Part shown: in pieces, positions 13,429-28,311 of the stretch
Numbering within the stretch: position 1 is the first letter of the stretch
Layout of the letters: each line of letters starts with the position of its first letter
From: Eledone cirrhosa
Lineage: Eukaryota
NCBI GenBank assembly: GCA_964016885.1
Contig: OZ024744.1
Location: 121,396,001 to 121,460,000 of the forward strand
Reading direction: 5' to 3'
DNA length: 64,000 bases
The notes under the pieces: model-generated
The model's database searches: none
What the model was told of the DNA's origin: nothing
The model's input: only the letters and a program-made list of their open reading frames with translations
Translations under genes and position numbers: made by a program

Positions 13429-16400
13429 AAGTGACTGGGTGAGAGGAATCAGAGGTAGTGATGGATGTTGTGAAGAGAGATAGTGTGAGATGGTTGGGTC
13501 ATGTGTTGAGGAAGGATAAAAGTGACTGGGTGAGAGGAATAGAGGTGGTGATGGATGTTGTGAAGAGAGATAGTGTGGGACGGTTGGGTCATGTGTTGAG
13601 GAATTATGAAAGTGACTGGGTGAGAGGAATCAGAGGTAGTGATGGATGTTGTGAAGAGAGATAGTGTGAGATGGTTGGGTCATGTGTTAAGGAAGTATGA
13701 AAATGACTGGGTGAGAGGAATCAGAGGTAGTGATGGATGTTGTGAAGAGAGATAATGTGAGATGGTTGGGTCATGTGTTGAGGAAGGATAAAAGTGACTG
13801 GGTGAGAGGAATAGAGGTAGTGATGGATGTTGTGAAGAGAGATAGTGTGAGATGGTTAGCTCATGCGTTGAGGAAGGATAAAAGTGACTGGGTGAGAGGA
13901 ATAGAGGTTGTGATGGATGTTGTGAAGAGAGATAGTGTGAGATGGTTGGGTCATGTGTTGAGGAAGTATGAAAGCGACTGGGTGAGAGGAATAGAGGTAG
14001 TGATGGATGTTGTGAAGAGAGACAGTGTGTGATGGTTGGGTCATATGTTGAGGAAGGATAAAAGTGACTGGGTGAGAGGAATAGAGGTAGTGATGGGTGT
14101 TGTGAGGAGAGATAGTGTGAGATGGTTGGTTCATGTGTTGAGGAAGTATGAAAGAGACTGGGTGAGAGGAATAGAGGTAGTGATAGATGTTGTGAAGAGA
14201 GATAGTGTGAGATGGTTGGGTCATGTGTTGAGGAATTATGAAAGTGACTGGGTGAGAGGAATAGAGGTAGTGATGGATGTTGGGAAGAGAGATTGTGTGA
14301 GATGGTTGGGTCATGTGTTGAGGAAGGATAAAATTGATTGGGTGAGAGGAATACAGGTAGTGATGGATGTTGTGAAGAGAGATCGTGTGAGATGGTTGGG
14401 TCATGTGTTGAGGAAGGATAAAAGTGACTGGGTGAGAGGAATAGAGTTTGTGATGGATGTTGTGAAGAGAGATAGTGTGAGATGGTTGGGTCATGTGTTG
14501 AGGAAGGATAAAAGTGACTGGGTGAGAGGAATAGAGGTAGTGATGGATGTTGTGAAGAGAGATAGTGTGAGATGGTTGGGTCATGTGTTGAGGAAGGATA
14601 AAAGTGACTGGGTGAGAGGAATAGAGGTAGTGATGGATGTTGTGAAGAGAGATAGTGTTAGATGGTTGGGTCATGTGTTGAGGAAGGTTAAAAGTGACTG
14701 GGTGAGTGGAATAGAGGTAGTGATGGCTGTTGTGAAGAGAGATAGTGTGGGACGGTTGGGTCATGTGTTGAGGAAGTATGAAAATGACTGGGTGAGAGGA
14801 ATCAGAGGTAGTGATGGATGTTGTGAAGAGAAATAGTGTGAGATGGTTGGGTCATGTGTTGAGGAAGGATAAAAGTGACTGGGTAAGAGGAATAGATGTA
14901 GTGATGGATGTTGTGAAGAGAGATAGTGTGAGATGGTTCGGTCATGTGTTGAGGCAGTATGAAAGTGACTGGGTAAGAGGAAAAGAAGTAGTGATGGATG
15001 TTGTGAAAAGAGATAGTGTGAGATGCTTGGGTCATGTATTGAGGAAGTATGAAAGTGACGGGGTGAGAGGAATAGAGGTAGTGATGGATGTTGTTAAGAG
15101 AGATAGTGAGATGGTTGGGTCATGTGTTGAGGAAGGTTGAATGTGAATGGGTGAAGGAATAGAGGTAGTGTTGGATGTTGTGAAGAGAGATAGTGTGGGA
15201 CGGTTGGGTCATGTGTTGAGGAAGTATGAAAGTGACTGGGTGAGAGGAATCAGAGGTAGTGATCGATGTTGTGAAGAGAGATAGTGTGAGATGGTTGGGT
15301 CATGTGTTGAGGAAGGATAAAAGTGACTGGGTGAGAGGAATAGAAGTAGTGATAGATGTTGTGAAGAGAGATAGTGTGAGATGGTTGGGTCATGTGTTGA
15401 GGAAGGATGAAAGTGACTGGGTGAGAGGAATAGAGGTAGTGATGGATGTTGTGAAGAGAGATAGTGTGAGATGGTTGGGTCATGTGTTGAGGAAGGATAA
15501 AAGTGACTGGGTGAGAGGAATAGAGGTAGTGATGGATGTTGCGAAGAGAGATGGTGTGAGATGGTTGGGTCATGTGTTGAGGAAGGATAAAAGTGACTGG
15601 GTGAGAGGAATAGAGGTAGTGATGGATGTTGTGAAGAGAGATAGTGTGAGCTGGTTAGCTCATGTGTTGAGGAAGGATAAAAGTGACTGGGTGAGAGGAA
15701 TAGAGGTTGTGATGGATGTTGTGAAGAGGGATAGTGTGAGATGGTTGGGTCATGTGTTGAGGAAGTATGAAAGTGACTGGGTGAGAGGAATAGAGGTAGT
15801 GATGGATGTTGTGAAGAGAGATAGTGTGAGATGGTTGGGTCATATGTTGAGGAAGGATAAAAGTGACTGGGTGAGAGGAATAGAGGTAGTGATGGATGTT
15901 GTGACGAGAGATAGTGTGAGATGGTTGGTTCATGTGTTGAGGAAGTATGAAAGTGACTGGGTGAGAGGAATAGAGGTAGTGATAGATGTTGTGAAGAGAG
16001 ATAGTGTGAGATGGTTGGGTCATGTGTTGAGGAAGGATAAAAGTGACTGGGTGAGAGGAATAGAGGTTGTGATGGATGTTGTGAAGAGGGATAGTGTGAG
16101 ATGGTTGGGTCATGTGTTGAGGAAGTATGAAAGTGACTGGGTGAGAGGAATAGTGGTAGTGATGGATGTTGTGAAGAGAGATAGTGTGAGATGGTTGGGT
16201 TATGTGTTGAGGAAGGATAAAAGTGACTCGGTGAGTGAATAGAGGTAGTGATGGATGTTGTGAAGAGAGATAGTGTGAGATGGTTGGGTCATGTGTTGAG
16301 GAAGTATGAAAGTGACTGGGTGAGAGGAATAGAGGTAGTGATGGATGTTGTGAAGAGAGATAGTGTGAGATGGTTGGGTCATATGTTGAGGAAGGATAAA

Positions 16401-16764
16401 AGTGACTGGGTGAGTGGAATAGAGGTAGTGATGGATGTATTGAAGAGAGATAGTGTGAGATGGTTGGGTCATGTGTTGAGGAAGGATAAAAGTGACTGGG
16501 TGAGAGGAACAGAGGTAGTGATGGATGTTGTGAAGAGAGATAGTGTGAGATGGTTGGGTCATCTGTTGAGGAAGGATAAAAGTGACTGGGTGAGTGGAAT
16601 AGAGGTAGTGATGCATGTATTGAAGAGAGATAGTGTGAGATGGTTGGGTCATGTGTTGAGGAAGGATAAAGTGACTGGGTGAGAGGAATAGAGGTGGTGA
16701 TGGATGTTGTGAAGAGAGATAGTGTGGGACGGTTGGGTCATGTGTTGAGGAATTATGAAAGTGA

Positions 16765-19700
16765 CTGGGTGAGAGGAATCAGAGGTAGTGATGGATGTTG
16801 TGAAGAGAAATAGTGTGAGATGGTTGGGTCATGTGTTGAGGAAGGATAAAAGTGACTGGGTAAGAGGAATAGATGTAGTGATGGATGTTGTGAAGAGAGA
16901 TAGTGTGAGATGGTTCGGTCATGTGTTGAGGAAGTATGAAAGTGACTGGGTGAGAGGAATAGAGGTAGTGATGGATGTTGCGAAGAGAGATAGTGAGATG
17001 GTTGGGTCATGTGTTGAGGAAGGTTGAATGTGAATGGGTGAAGGAATAGAGGTAGTGATGGATGTTGTGAAGAGAGATAGTGTCGGACGGTTGGGTCATG
17101 TGTTGAGGAAGTATGAAAGTGACTGGATGAGACGAATCAGAGGTAGTGATGGATGTTGTGAAGAGAGATAGTGTGAGATGGTTGGGTCATGTGTTGAGGA
17201 AGGATAAAAGTGACTGGGTGAGAGGAATAGAGGTAGTGATGGTTGTTGTGAAGAGAGATAGTGTGAGATGGTTGGGTCATGTGTTGAGGAAGGATAAAAG
17301 TGACTGGGTGAGAGGAATAGAAGTAGTGATGGATGTTGTGAAGAGAGATAGTGTGAGATGGTTGGGTCATGTGTTGAGGAAGGATGAAAGTGAGTGGGTG
17401 AGAGGAATAGAGGTAGTGATGGATGTTGTGAAGAGAGATAGTGTGAGATGGTTGGGTCATGTGTTGAGGAAGGATAAAAGTGACTGGGTGAGAGGAATAG
17501 AGGTAGTGATGGATGTTGTGAAGAGAGATTGTGTGAGATGGTTGGGTCATGTGTTGAGGAAGGATAAAAGTGACTGGGTGAGAGGAATAGAGGTAGTGAT
17601 GGATGTTGTGAAGAGAGATAGTGTGAGATGGTTAGCTCATGCGTTGAGGAAGGATAAAAGTGACTGGGTGAGAGGAATAGAGGTTGTGATGGATGTTGTG
17701 AAGAGAGATAGTGTGAGATGGTTGGGTCATGTGTTGAGGAAGTATGAAAGTGACTGGGTGAGAGGAATAGAGGTAGTGATGGATGTTGTGAAGAGAGATA
17801 GTGTGAGATGGTTGGGTCATATGTTGAGGAAGGATAAAAGTGACTGTGTGAGAGGAATAGAGGTAGTGATGGATATTGTGAGGAGAGATAGTGTGAGATG
17901 GTTGGTTCATGTGTTGAGGAAGTATGAAAGTGACTGGGTGAGAGGAATAGAGGTAGTGATAGATGTTGTGAAGAGAGATAGTGTGAGATGGTTGGGTCAT
18001 GTGTTGAGGAAGTATGAAAGTGACTGGGTGAGAGGAATAGAGGTAGTGATGGATGTTGTGAAGAGAGATTGTGTGAGATGGTTGGGTCATGTGTTGAGGA
18101 AGGATAAAATTGATTGGGTGAGAGGAATACAGGTAGTGATGGATGTTGTGAAGAGAGATCGTGTGAGATGGTTGGGTCATGTGTTGAGGAAGGATAAAAG
18201 TGACTGGGTGAGAGGAATAGAGTTTGTGATGGATGTTGTGAAGAGAGATAGTGTGAGATGGTTGGTTCATGTGTTGAGGAAGGATAAAAGTGACTGGGTG
18301 AGAGGAATAGAGGTAGTGATGGATGTTGTGAAGAGAGATAGTGTGAGATGGTTGGGTCATGTGTTGAGGAAGGATAAAAGTGACTGGGTGAGAGGAATAG
18401 AGGTAGTGATGGATGTTGTGAAGAGAGATAGTGTTAGATGGTTGGGTCATGTGTTGAGAAAGGTTAAAAGTGACTGGGTGAGTGGAATAGAGGTAGTGAT
18501 GGATTTTGTGAAGATAGATAGTGTGAGATGGTTGGGTCATGTGTTGAGGAAGTATGAAAATGACTGGGTGAGAGGAAACAGAGGTAGTGATGGATGTTGT
18601 GAAGAGAAATAGTGTGAGATGGTTGCGTCATGTGTTGAGGAAGGATAAAAGTGACTGGGTAAGAGGAATAGATGTAGTGATGGATGTTGTGAAGAGAGAT
18701 AGTGTGAGATGGTTCGGTCATGTGTTGAGGCAGTATGAAAGTGACTGGGTGAGAGGAATAGAGGTAGTGATGGATGTTGTGAAGAGAGATAGTCTGAGAT
18801 AGTTGGGTCATGTGTTGAGGAAGGATGAAAGTGACTGGGTGAGAGGAATAGAGGTAGTTATGGATGTTGTGAAGAGAGATAGTGTGAGATGGTTGGGTCA
18901 TGTGTTGAGGAAGGATAAAAGTGACTGGGTGAGAGGAATAGAGGAAGTGATGGATGTTGTGAAGAGAGATAGTGTGAGATGGTTGGGTCCTGTGTTGAGG
19001 AAGGATAAAAGTGACTGGGTGAGAGGAATAGAGGTAGTGATGGATGTTGTGAAGAGAGATAGTGTGAGATGGTTGGGTCATGTGTTGAGGAAAGATGAGA
19101 ATGACTGGGTGAGAGGAATAGAGGTAGTGATGGATGTTGTGAAGAGAGATAGTGTGAGATGGTTGGGTCATGTGTTGAGGAAGGATGAAAATGACTAGGT
19201 GAGAGGAACAGAGGTAGTGATGGATGTTGTGAAGAGAGATAGTGTGAGATGGTTGAGTCATGTGTTGAGGAAGGATAAAGGTGACTGGGTGAGTGGAAGA
19301 GAGGTAGTGATGGATGTTGTGAAGAGAGATATTGTGGGACGGTTCGGTCATGTGTTGAGGAAGTATGAAAATGACTGGGTGGGAGGAATCAGAGGTAGTG
19401 ATGGAAGTTGTGAAGAGAATTAGTGTGAGATGGTTGGGTCATGTATTGAGGAAGTATGAAAGTGACGGGGTGAGAGGAATAGAGGTAGTGATGGATGTTG
19501 TGAAGATAGATAGTGAGATGGTTGGGTCATGTGTTGAGGAAGGTTGAATGTGACTGGGTGAGAGGAATCAGAGGTAGTGATGGATGTTGTGAAGAGAGAT
19601 AGTGTGAGATGGTTGGGTCATGTGTTGAGGAAGGATAAAAGTGACTGGGTGAGAGGAATAGAGGTAGTGATGGATGTTGTGAAGAGAGATAGTGTTAGAC

Positions 19701-22700
19701 GGTTGGGTCATGTGATGAGGAAGGTTAAAAGTGACTGGGTGAGAGGAATAGAGGTCGTGATGGATGTTGTGAAGAGAGATAGTCGGAGATGGTTGGGTCA
19801 TGTGTTGAGGAAGGATAAAAGTGACTGGGTGAGAGGAATAGAGGAAGTGATGGATGTTGTGAAGAGAGATAGTGTGGGACGGTTGGGTCATGTGTTGAGG
19901 AAGTATGAAAGTGACTGGGTGAGAGGAATCAGAGGTAGTGATGGATGTTGTGAAGAGAGATAGTGTGAGATGGTTGGGTCATGTGTTGAGGAAGGATTAA
20001 AGTAACTGGGTGAGAGGAATAGAGGTGGTGATGGATGTTGTGAAGAGAGATAGTGTGGGACGGTTGGGTCATGTGTTGAGGAATTATGAAAGTGACTGTG
20101 TGAGAGGAATCAGAGGTAGTGATGGATGTTGTGAAGAGAGATAGTGTGAGATGGTTGGGTCATGTGTTGAGGAAGGATAAAAGTGACTGGGTGAGAGGAA
20201 TAGAGGAAGTGATGGATGTTGTGAAGAGAGATAGTGTGAGATGGTTGGGTCATGTGTTGAGGAAGGATAAAAGTGACTGGGTGAGAGGAATAGAGGTAGT
20301 GATGGATGTTGTGAAGAGAGATAGTCGGAGATGGTTGGGTCATGTGTTGAGGAAGGATGAAAGTGACTGGGTGAGAGGAATAGAGGTAGTTATGGATGCT
20401 GTGAAGAGAGATAGTGTGAGATGGTTGGGTCATGTGTTGAGGAAGGATAAAAGTGACTGGGTGAGAGGAATAGAGATAGTGATGGATGTTGTGAAGAGAG
20501 ATAGTGTGAGATGGTTAGCTCATGTGTTGAGGAAGGATAAAAGTGGCTGGGTGAGAGGAATAGAGGTTGTGATGGATGTTGTGAAGAGAGATAGTGGGAG
20601 ATGGTTGGGTCATGTGTTGAGGAAGTATGAAAGTGACTGGGTGAGAGGAATAGAGGTAGTGATGGATGTTGTGAAGAGAGATAGTGTGAGATGGTTGGGT
20701 CATATGTTGAGGAAGGATAAAAGTGACTGGGTGAGAGGAATAGAGGTAGTGATGGATGTTGTGACGAGAGTTAGTGTGAGATGGTTGGGTTATGTGTTGA
20801 GGAAGGATGAACGTAACTGGGTGAGAGGAATAGAGGTAGTGATGGATGTTGTGAAGAGAGATCGTGTGAGATGGTTGGGTCATGTGTTGAGGAAGGATAA
20901 AAGTGACTGGGTGAGTGAATAGAGGTAGTGATGGATGTTGTGAAGAGAGATAGTGTGAGATGGTTGGGTCATGTGTTGAGGAAGGATAAAAGTGACTGGG
21001 TGAGTGGAATAGAAGTAGTGATGCATGTATTGAAGAGAGATAGTGTGAGATGGTTGGGTCATGTGTTGAGGAAGGATAAAAGTGACTGGGTGAGAGGAAT
21101 AGAGGTGGTGATGGATGTTGTGAAGAGAGATAGTGTGGGACGGTTGGGTCATGTGTTGAGGAAGTATGAAAGTGTCTGGGTGAGAGGAATCAGAGGTAGT
21201 GATGGATGTTGTGAAGAGAGATAGTGTGAGATGGTTGGGTCATGTGTTGAGGAAGGATAAAAGTGACTGGGTGAGAGGAACAGAGGTAGTGATGGATGTT
21301 GTGAAGAGAGATAGTGTGAGATGGTTGGGTCATGTGTTGAGGAAGGATAAAAGTGACTGGGTGAGTGGAATAGAGGTAGTGATGGATGTATTGAAGAGAG
21401 ATAGTGTGAGATGGTTGGGTCATGTGTTGAGGAAGGATAAAGTGACTGGGTGAGAGGAATAGAGGTGGTGATGGATGTTGTGAAGAGAGATAGTGTGGGA
21501 CGGTTGGGTCATGTGTTGAGGAATTATGAAAGTGACTGGGTGAGAGGAATCAGAGGTAGTGATGGATGTTGTGAAGAGAGATAGTGTGAGATGGTTGGGT
21601 CATGTGTTGAGGAAGTATAAAAGTGACTGGGTGAGAGGAATAGAGGTATTGAAGGATGTTGTGAAGAGAGATAGTGTGAGATGGTTGGGTCCTGTGTTGA
21701 GGAAGGATGAAAGTGACTGGGTCAGAGGAACAGAGGTAGTGATGGATGTTGTGAAGAGAGATAGTGTGAGATGGTTGGGTCATGTGTTGAGGAAGGATAA
21801 AAGTGACTGGGTGAGTGGAATAGAGGTAGTGATGGATGTATTGAAGAGAGATAGTGTGAGATGGTTGGGTCATGTGTTGAGGAAGGATAAAAGTGACTGG
21901 GTGAGAGGAATAGAGGTGGTGATGGTTGTTGTGAAGAGAGATAGTGTGGGACGGTTGGGTCATGTGTTGAGGAATTATGAAAGTGACTGGGTGAGAGGAA
22001 TCAGAGGTAGTGATGGATGTTGTGAAGAGAGATAGTGTGAGATGGTTGGGTCATGTGTTGAGGAAGGATAAAAGTGACTGGGTGAGAGGAATAGAGGTAG
22101 TGATGGATGTTGTGAAGAGAGATAGTGTGAGATGGTTGGGTCATGTGTTAAGGAAGTATGAATGTGACTGGGTGAGAGGAATAGAGGTAGTTATGGATGT
22201 TGTGAAGAGAGATAGTGTGAGATGGTTGGGTCATGTGTTGAGGAAGGATGAAAGTGACTGGGTGAGAGGAATAGAGGTAGTGATGGATGTTGTGAAGAGA
22301 GATAGTCTGAGATAGTTGGGTCATGTGTTGAGGAAGGATGAAAGTGACTGGGTGAGAGGAATAGAGGTAGTTATGGATGTTGTGAAGAGAGATAGTGTGA
22401 GATGGTTGGGTCATGTGTTGAGGAAGGATAAAAGTGACTGGGTGAGTGGAATAGAGGTAGTGATGCATGTATTGAAGAGAGATAGTGTGAGATGGTTGGG
22501 TCATGTGTTGAGGAAGGATAAAAGTGACTGGGTGAGAGGAATAGAGGTGGTGATGGATGTTGTGAAGAGAGATAGTGTGGGACGGTTGGGTCATGTGTTG
22601 AGGAAGTATGAAAGTGTCTGGGTGAGAGGAATCAGAGGTAGTGATGGATGTTGTGAAGAGAGATAGTGTGAGATGGTTGGGTCATGTGTTGAGGAAGGAT

Positions 22701-25054
22701 AAAAGTGACTGGGTGAGAGGAACAGAGGTAGTGATGGATGTTGTGAAGAGAGATAGTGTGAGATGGTTGGGTCATGTGTTGAGGAAGGATAAAGTGACTG
22801 GGTGAGAGGAATAGAGGTGGTGATGGATGTTGTGAAGAGAGATAGTGTGGGACGGTTGGGTCATGTGTTGAGGAATTATGAAAGTGACTGGGTGAGAGGA
22901 ATCAGAGGTAGTGATGGATGTTGTGAAGAGAGATAGTGTGAGATGGTTGGGTCATGTGTTGAGGAAGGATAAAAGTGACTGGGTGAGAGGAATAGAGGTA
23001 GTGATCGATGTTGTGAAGAGAGATAGTGTGAGATGGTTGGGTCGTGTGTTAAGGAAGTATGAAAATGACTGGGTGAGAGGAATCAGAGGTAGTGATGGAT
23101 GTTGTGAAGAGAAATAGTGTGAGATGGTTGGGTCATGTGTTGAGTAAGGATAAAAGTGACTGGGTAAGAGGAATAGATGTAGTGATGGATGTTGTGAAGA
23201 GAGATAGTGTGAGATGGTTCGGTCATGTGTTGAGGAAGTATGAAAGTGACTGGGTGAGAGGAATAGAGGTAGTGATGGATGTTGCGAAGAGAGATAGTGA
23301 GATGGTTGGGTCATGTGTTGAGGAAGGTTGAATGTGAATGGGTGAAGGAATAGAGGTAGTGATGGATGTTGTGAAGAGAGATAGTGTCGGACGGTTGGGT
23401 CATGTGTTGAGGAAGTATGAAAGTGACTGGATGAGAGGAATCAGAGGTAGTGATGGATGTTGTGAAGAGAGATAGTGTGAGATGGTTGGGTCATGTGTTG
23501 AGGAAGGATAAAAGTGACTGGGTGAGAGGAATAGAGGTAGTGATGGTTGTTGTGAAGAGAGATTGTGTGAGATGGTTGGGTCATGTGTTGAGGAAGGATA
23601 AAAGTGACTGGGTGAGAGGAATAGAAGTAGTGATGGATGTTGTGAAGAGAGATAGTGTGAGATGGTTGGGTCATGTGTTGAGGAAGGATGAAAGTGACTG
23701 GGTGAGAGGAATAGAGGTAGTGATGGATGTTGTGAAGAGAGATAGTGTGAGATGGTTGGGTCATGTGTTGAGGAAGGATAAAAGTGACTGGGTGAGAGGA
23801 ATAGAGGTAGTGATGGATGTTGTGAAGAGAGATTGTGTGAGATGGTTGGGTCATGTGTTGAGGAAGGATAAAAGTGACTGGGTGAGAGGAATAGAGGTAG
23901 TGATGGATGTTGTGAAGAGAGATAGTGTGAGATGGTTAGCTCATGCGTTGAGGAAGGATAAAAGTGACTGGGTGAGAGGAATAGAGGTTGTGATGGATGT
24001 TGTGAAGAGAGATAGTGTGAGATGGTTGGGTCATGTGTTGAGGAAGTATGAAAGTGACTGGGTGAGAGGAATAGAGGTAGTGATGGATGTTGTGAAGAGA
24101 GATAGTGTGAGATGGTTGGGTCATATGTTGAGGAAGGATAAAAGTGACTGTGTGAGAGGAATAGATGTAGTGATGGATATTGTGAGGAGAGATAGTGTGA
24201 GATGGTTGGTTCATGTGTTGAGGAAGTATGAAAGTGACTGGGTGAGAGGAATAGAGGTAGTGATAGATGTTGTGAAGAGAGATAGTGTGAGATGGTAGGG
24301 TCATGTGTTGAGGAAGTATGAAAGTGACTGGGTGAGAGGAATAGAGGTAGTGATGGATGTTGTGAAGAGAGATTGTGTGAGATGGTTGGGTCATGTGTTG
24401 AGGAAGGATAAAATTGATTGGATGAGAGGAATACAGGTAGTGATGGATGTTGTGAAGAGAGATCGTGTGAGATGGTTGGGTCATGTGTTGAGGAAGGATA
24501 AAAGTGACTGGGTGAGAGGAATAGAGTTTGTGATGGATGTTGTGAAGAGAGATAGTGTGAGATGGTTGGTTCATGTGTTGAGGAAGGATAAAAGTGACTG
24601 GGTGAGAGGAATAGAGGTAATGATGGATGTTGTGAAGAGAGATAGTGTAAGATGGTTGGGTCATGTGTTGAGGAAGGATAAAAGTGACTGGGTGAGAGGA
24701 ATAGAGGTAATGATGGATGTTGTGAAGAGAGATAGTGTTAGATGGTTGGGTCAAGTGTTGAGGAAGGTTAAAAGTGACTGGGTGAGTGGAATAGAGGTAG
24801 TGATGGATTTTGTGAAGAGAGATAGTGTGAGATGGTTGGGTCATGTGTTGAGGAAGTATGAAAATGACTGGGTGAGAGGAATCAGAGGTAGTGATGGATG
24901 TTGTGAAGAGAAATAGTGTGAGATGGTTGCGTCATGTGTTGAGGAAGGATAAAAGTGACTGGGTAAGAGGAATAGATGTAGTGATGGATGTTGTGAAAAG
25001 AGATAGTGTGAGATGGTTCGGTCATGTGTTGAGGCAGTATGAAAGTGACTGGGT
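16765..25054 (+). repeat. Dispersed duplicate pair of about 2 kb (approx. 16765-18750 and 23069-25054), offset 6304 bp
   Basis: ORF offsets 16788/23092, 17146/23450 and 18587/24891 are all 6304. Shared rare alleles include GTTGCGAAG, GTGTCGGACGG and GATGGTTGTTG. Several differences between the copies suggest it is older than the right-hand duplications. Confidence 0.88.
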
Positions 25055-27199
25055 AAGAGGAAAAGAAGTAGTGATGTATGTTGTGAAGAGAGATAGTGAG
25101 ATGGTTGGGTCATGTGTTGAGGAAGGTTGAATGTGAATGGATGAAGGAATAGAGGTAGTGATGGATGTTGTGAAGAGAGATAGTGTGGAACGGTTGGGTC
25201 ATGTGTTGAGGAAGTATGAAAGTGACTGGGTGAGAGGAATCAGAGGTAGTGATGGATGTTGTGAAGAGAGATAGTGTGAGATGGTTGGGTCATGTGTTGA
25301 GGAAGGATAAAAGTGACTGGGTGAGAGGAATAGAGGTAGTGATGGATGTTGTGAAGAGAGATAGTGTTAGATGGTTGGGTCATGTGTTGAGGAAGGTTAA
25401 AAGTGACTGGGTGAGTGGAATAGAGGTAGTGATGGATGTTGTGAAGAGAGATAGTGTGGGACGGTTGGGTCATGTGTTGAGGAAGTATGAAAGTGACTGG
25501 GTGAGAGGAATAGAGGTAGTGATAGATGTTGTGAAGAGAGATAGTGTGAGATGGTTGGGTCATGTGTTGAGGAAGGATAAAATTGATTGGGTGAGAGGAA
25601 TAGAGGTAGTGATGGATGTTGTGAAGAGAGATCGTGTGAGATGGTTGGGTCATGTGTTGAGGAAGGATAAAAGTGACTGGGTGAGAGGAATAGAGGTAGT
25701 GATGGATGTTGGGAAGAGAGATAGTGTGAGATGGTTGGATCATGTGTTGAGGAAGTATAAAAGTGACTGGGTGAGAGGAATAGAGGTATTGAAGGATGTT
25801 GTGAAGAGAGATAGTGTGAGATGGTTGGGTCCTGTGTTGAGGAAGGATGAAAGTGACTGGGTGAGAGGAACAGAGATAGTGATGGATGTTGTGAAGAGAG
25901 TTAGTGTGAGATGGTTGGGTCATGTGTTGAGGAAGGATAAAAGTGACTGGGTGAGTGGAAGAGAGGTAGTGATGGATGTATTGAAGAGAGATAGTGTGAG
26001 ATGGTTGGGTCATGTGTTGAGGAAGGATAAAAGTGACTGGGTGAGAGGAATAGAGGTGGTGATGGATGTTGTGAAGAGAGATAGAGTGGGACGGTTGGGT
26101 CATGTGTTGAGGAATTATGAAAGTGACTGGGTGAGAGGAATCAGAGGTAGTGATGGATGTTGTGAAGAGAGATAGTGTGAGATGGTTGGGTTATGTGTTG
26201 AGGAAGGATAAAAGTGACTGGGTGAGAGGAATAGAGGTAGTGATGGATGTTGTGAAGAGAGATAGTGTGAGATGGTTGGGTCATGTATTAAGGAAGTATG
26301 AATGTGACTGGGTGAGAGGATAGAGGTAGTTATGGATGTTGTGAAGAGAGATAGTGTGAGATGGTTGGGTCATGTGTTGAGGAAGGATGAAAGTGACTGT
26401 GTGAGAGGAATAGAGGTAGTGATGGATGTTGTGAAGAGAGATAGTGTGAGATGGTTGGGTCATGTGTTGAGGAAGGATGAAAGTGACTGGGTGAGAGGAA
26501 TAGAGGTAGTTATGGATGTTGTGAAGAGAGATAGTGTGAGATGGTTGGGTCATGTGTTGATTAAGGATAAAAGTGACTGGGTGAGAGGAATAGAGGAAGT
26601 GATGGATGTTGTGAAGAGAGATAGTGTGAGATGGTTGGGTCCTGTGTTGAGGAAGGATAAAAGTGACTGGGTGAGAGGAATAGAGGTAGTGATGGATGTT
26701 GTGAAGAGAGATAGTGTGAGATGGTTGGGTCATGTGTTGAGGAAAGATGAGAATGACTGGGTGAGAGGAATAGAGGTAGTGATGGATGTTGTGAAGAGAG
26801 ATAGTGTGAGATGGTTGGGTCATGTGTTGAGGAAGGATGAAAATGACTAGGTGAGAGGAACAGAGGTAGTGATGGATGTTGTGAAGAGAGATAGTGTGAG
26901 ATGGTTGGGTCATGTGTTGAGGAAGGATAAAGGTGACTGGGTGAGTGGAATAGAGGTAGTGATGGATGTTGTGAAGAGAGATATTGTGGGACGGTTCGGT
27001 CATGTGTTGAGGAAGTATGAAAATGACTGGGTGGGAGGAATCAGAGGTAGTGATGGAAGTTGTGAAGAGAAATAGTGTGAGATGGTTGGGTCATGTATTG
27101 AGGAAGTATGAAAGTGACGGGGTGAGAGGAATAGAGGTAGTGATGGATGTTGTGAAGAGAGATAGTGAGATGGTTGGGTCATGTGTTGAGGAAGGTTGA
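18803..27199 (+). repeat. Dispersed duplicate pair of about 0.75 kb (approx. 18803-19547 and 26455-27199), offset 7652 bp
   Basis: ORF offsets 19199/26851 and 19365/27017 equal 7652. Shared rare alleles are GGAAAGATGAGAAT, GATATTGTGGGAC, GTGGGAGGAATC and GATGGAAGTTG. Confidence 0.85.
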
Positions 27200-28311
27200 A
27201 TGTGAATGGGTGAAGGAATAGAGGTAGTGATGGATGTTGTGAAGAGAGATAGTGTGGTGCGGTTGGGTCATGTGTTGAGGAAGTATGAAAGTGACTGGGT
27301 GAGAGGAATCAGAGGTAGTGATGGATGTTGTGAAGAGAGATAGTGTGAGATGGTTGGGTCATGTGTTGAGGAAGGATTAAAGTAACTGGGTGAGAGGAAT
27401 AGAGGTGGTGATGGATGTTGTGAAGAGAGATAGTGTGGGACGGTTGGGTCATGTGTTGAGGAATTATGAAAGTGACTGTGTGAGAGGAATCAGAGGTAGT
27501 GATGGATGTTGTGAAGAGAGATAGTGTGAGATGGTTGGGTCATGTGTTGAGGAAGGATAAAAGTGACTGGGTGAGAGGAATAGAGGAAGTGGTGGATGTT
27601 GTGAAGAGAGATAGTGTGAGATGGTTGGGTCATGTGTTGAGGAAGGATAAAAGTGACTGGGTGAGAGGAATAGAGTTAGTGATGGATGTTGTGAAGAGAG
27701 ATAGTCTGAGATGGTTGGGTCATGTATTGAGGAAGTATGAAAGTGACGGGGTGAGAGGAATAGAGGTAGTGATGGATGTTGTGAAGAGAGAGATAGTGAG
27801 ATGGTTGGGTCATGTGTTGAGGAAGGTTGAATGTGAATGGGTGAAGGAATAGAGGTAGTGATGGATGTTGTGAAGAGAGATAGTGTGGGACGGTTGGGTC
27901 ATGTGTTGAGGAAGTATGAAAGTGACTGGGTGAGAGGAATCAGAGGTAGTGATGGATGTTGTGAAGAGAGATAGTGTGAGATGGTTGGGTCATGTGTTGA
28001 GGAAGGATAAAAGTGACTGGGTGAGAGGAATAGAGGTAGTGATGGATGTTGTGAAGAGAGATAGTGTTAGACGGTTGGGTCTTGTGATGAGGAAGGTTAA
28101 AAGTGACTGGGTGAGTGGAATAGATGTTGTGATGGATGTTGTGAAGAGAGATAGTGTGGGACGGTTGGGTCATGTGTTGAGGAAATATGAAAGTGACTGG
28201 GTGAGAGGAATCAGAGGTACTGATGGATGTTGTGAAGAGAGATAGTGTGAGATGGTTGGGTCATGTGTTGAGGAAGGATAAAAGTGACTGGGTGAGAGGA
28301 ATAGAGGTGGT

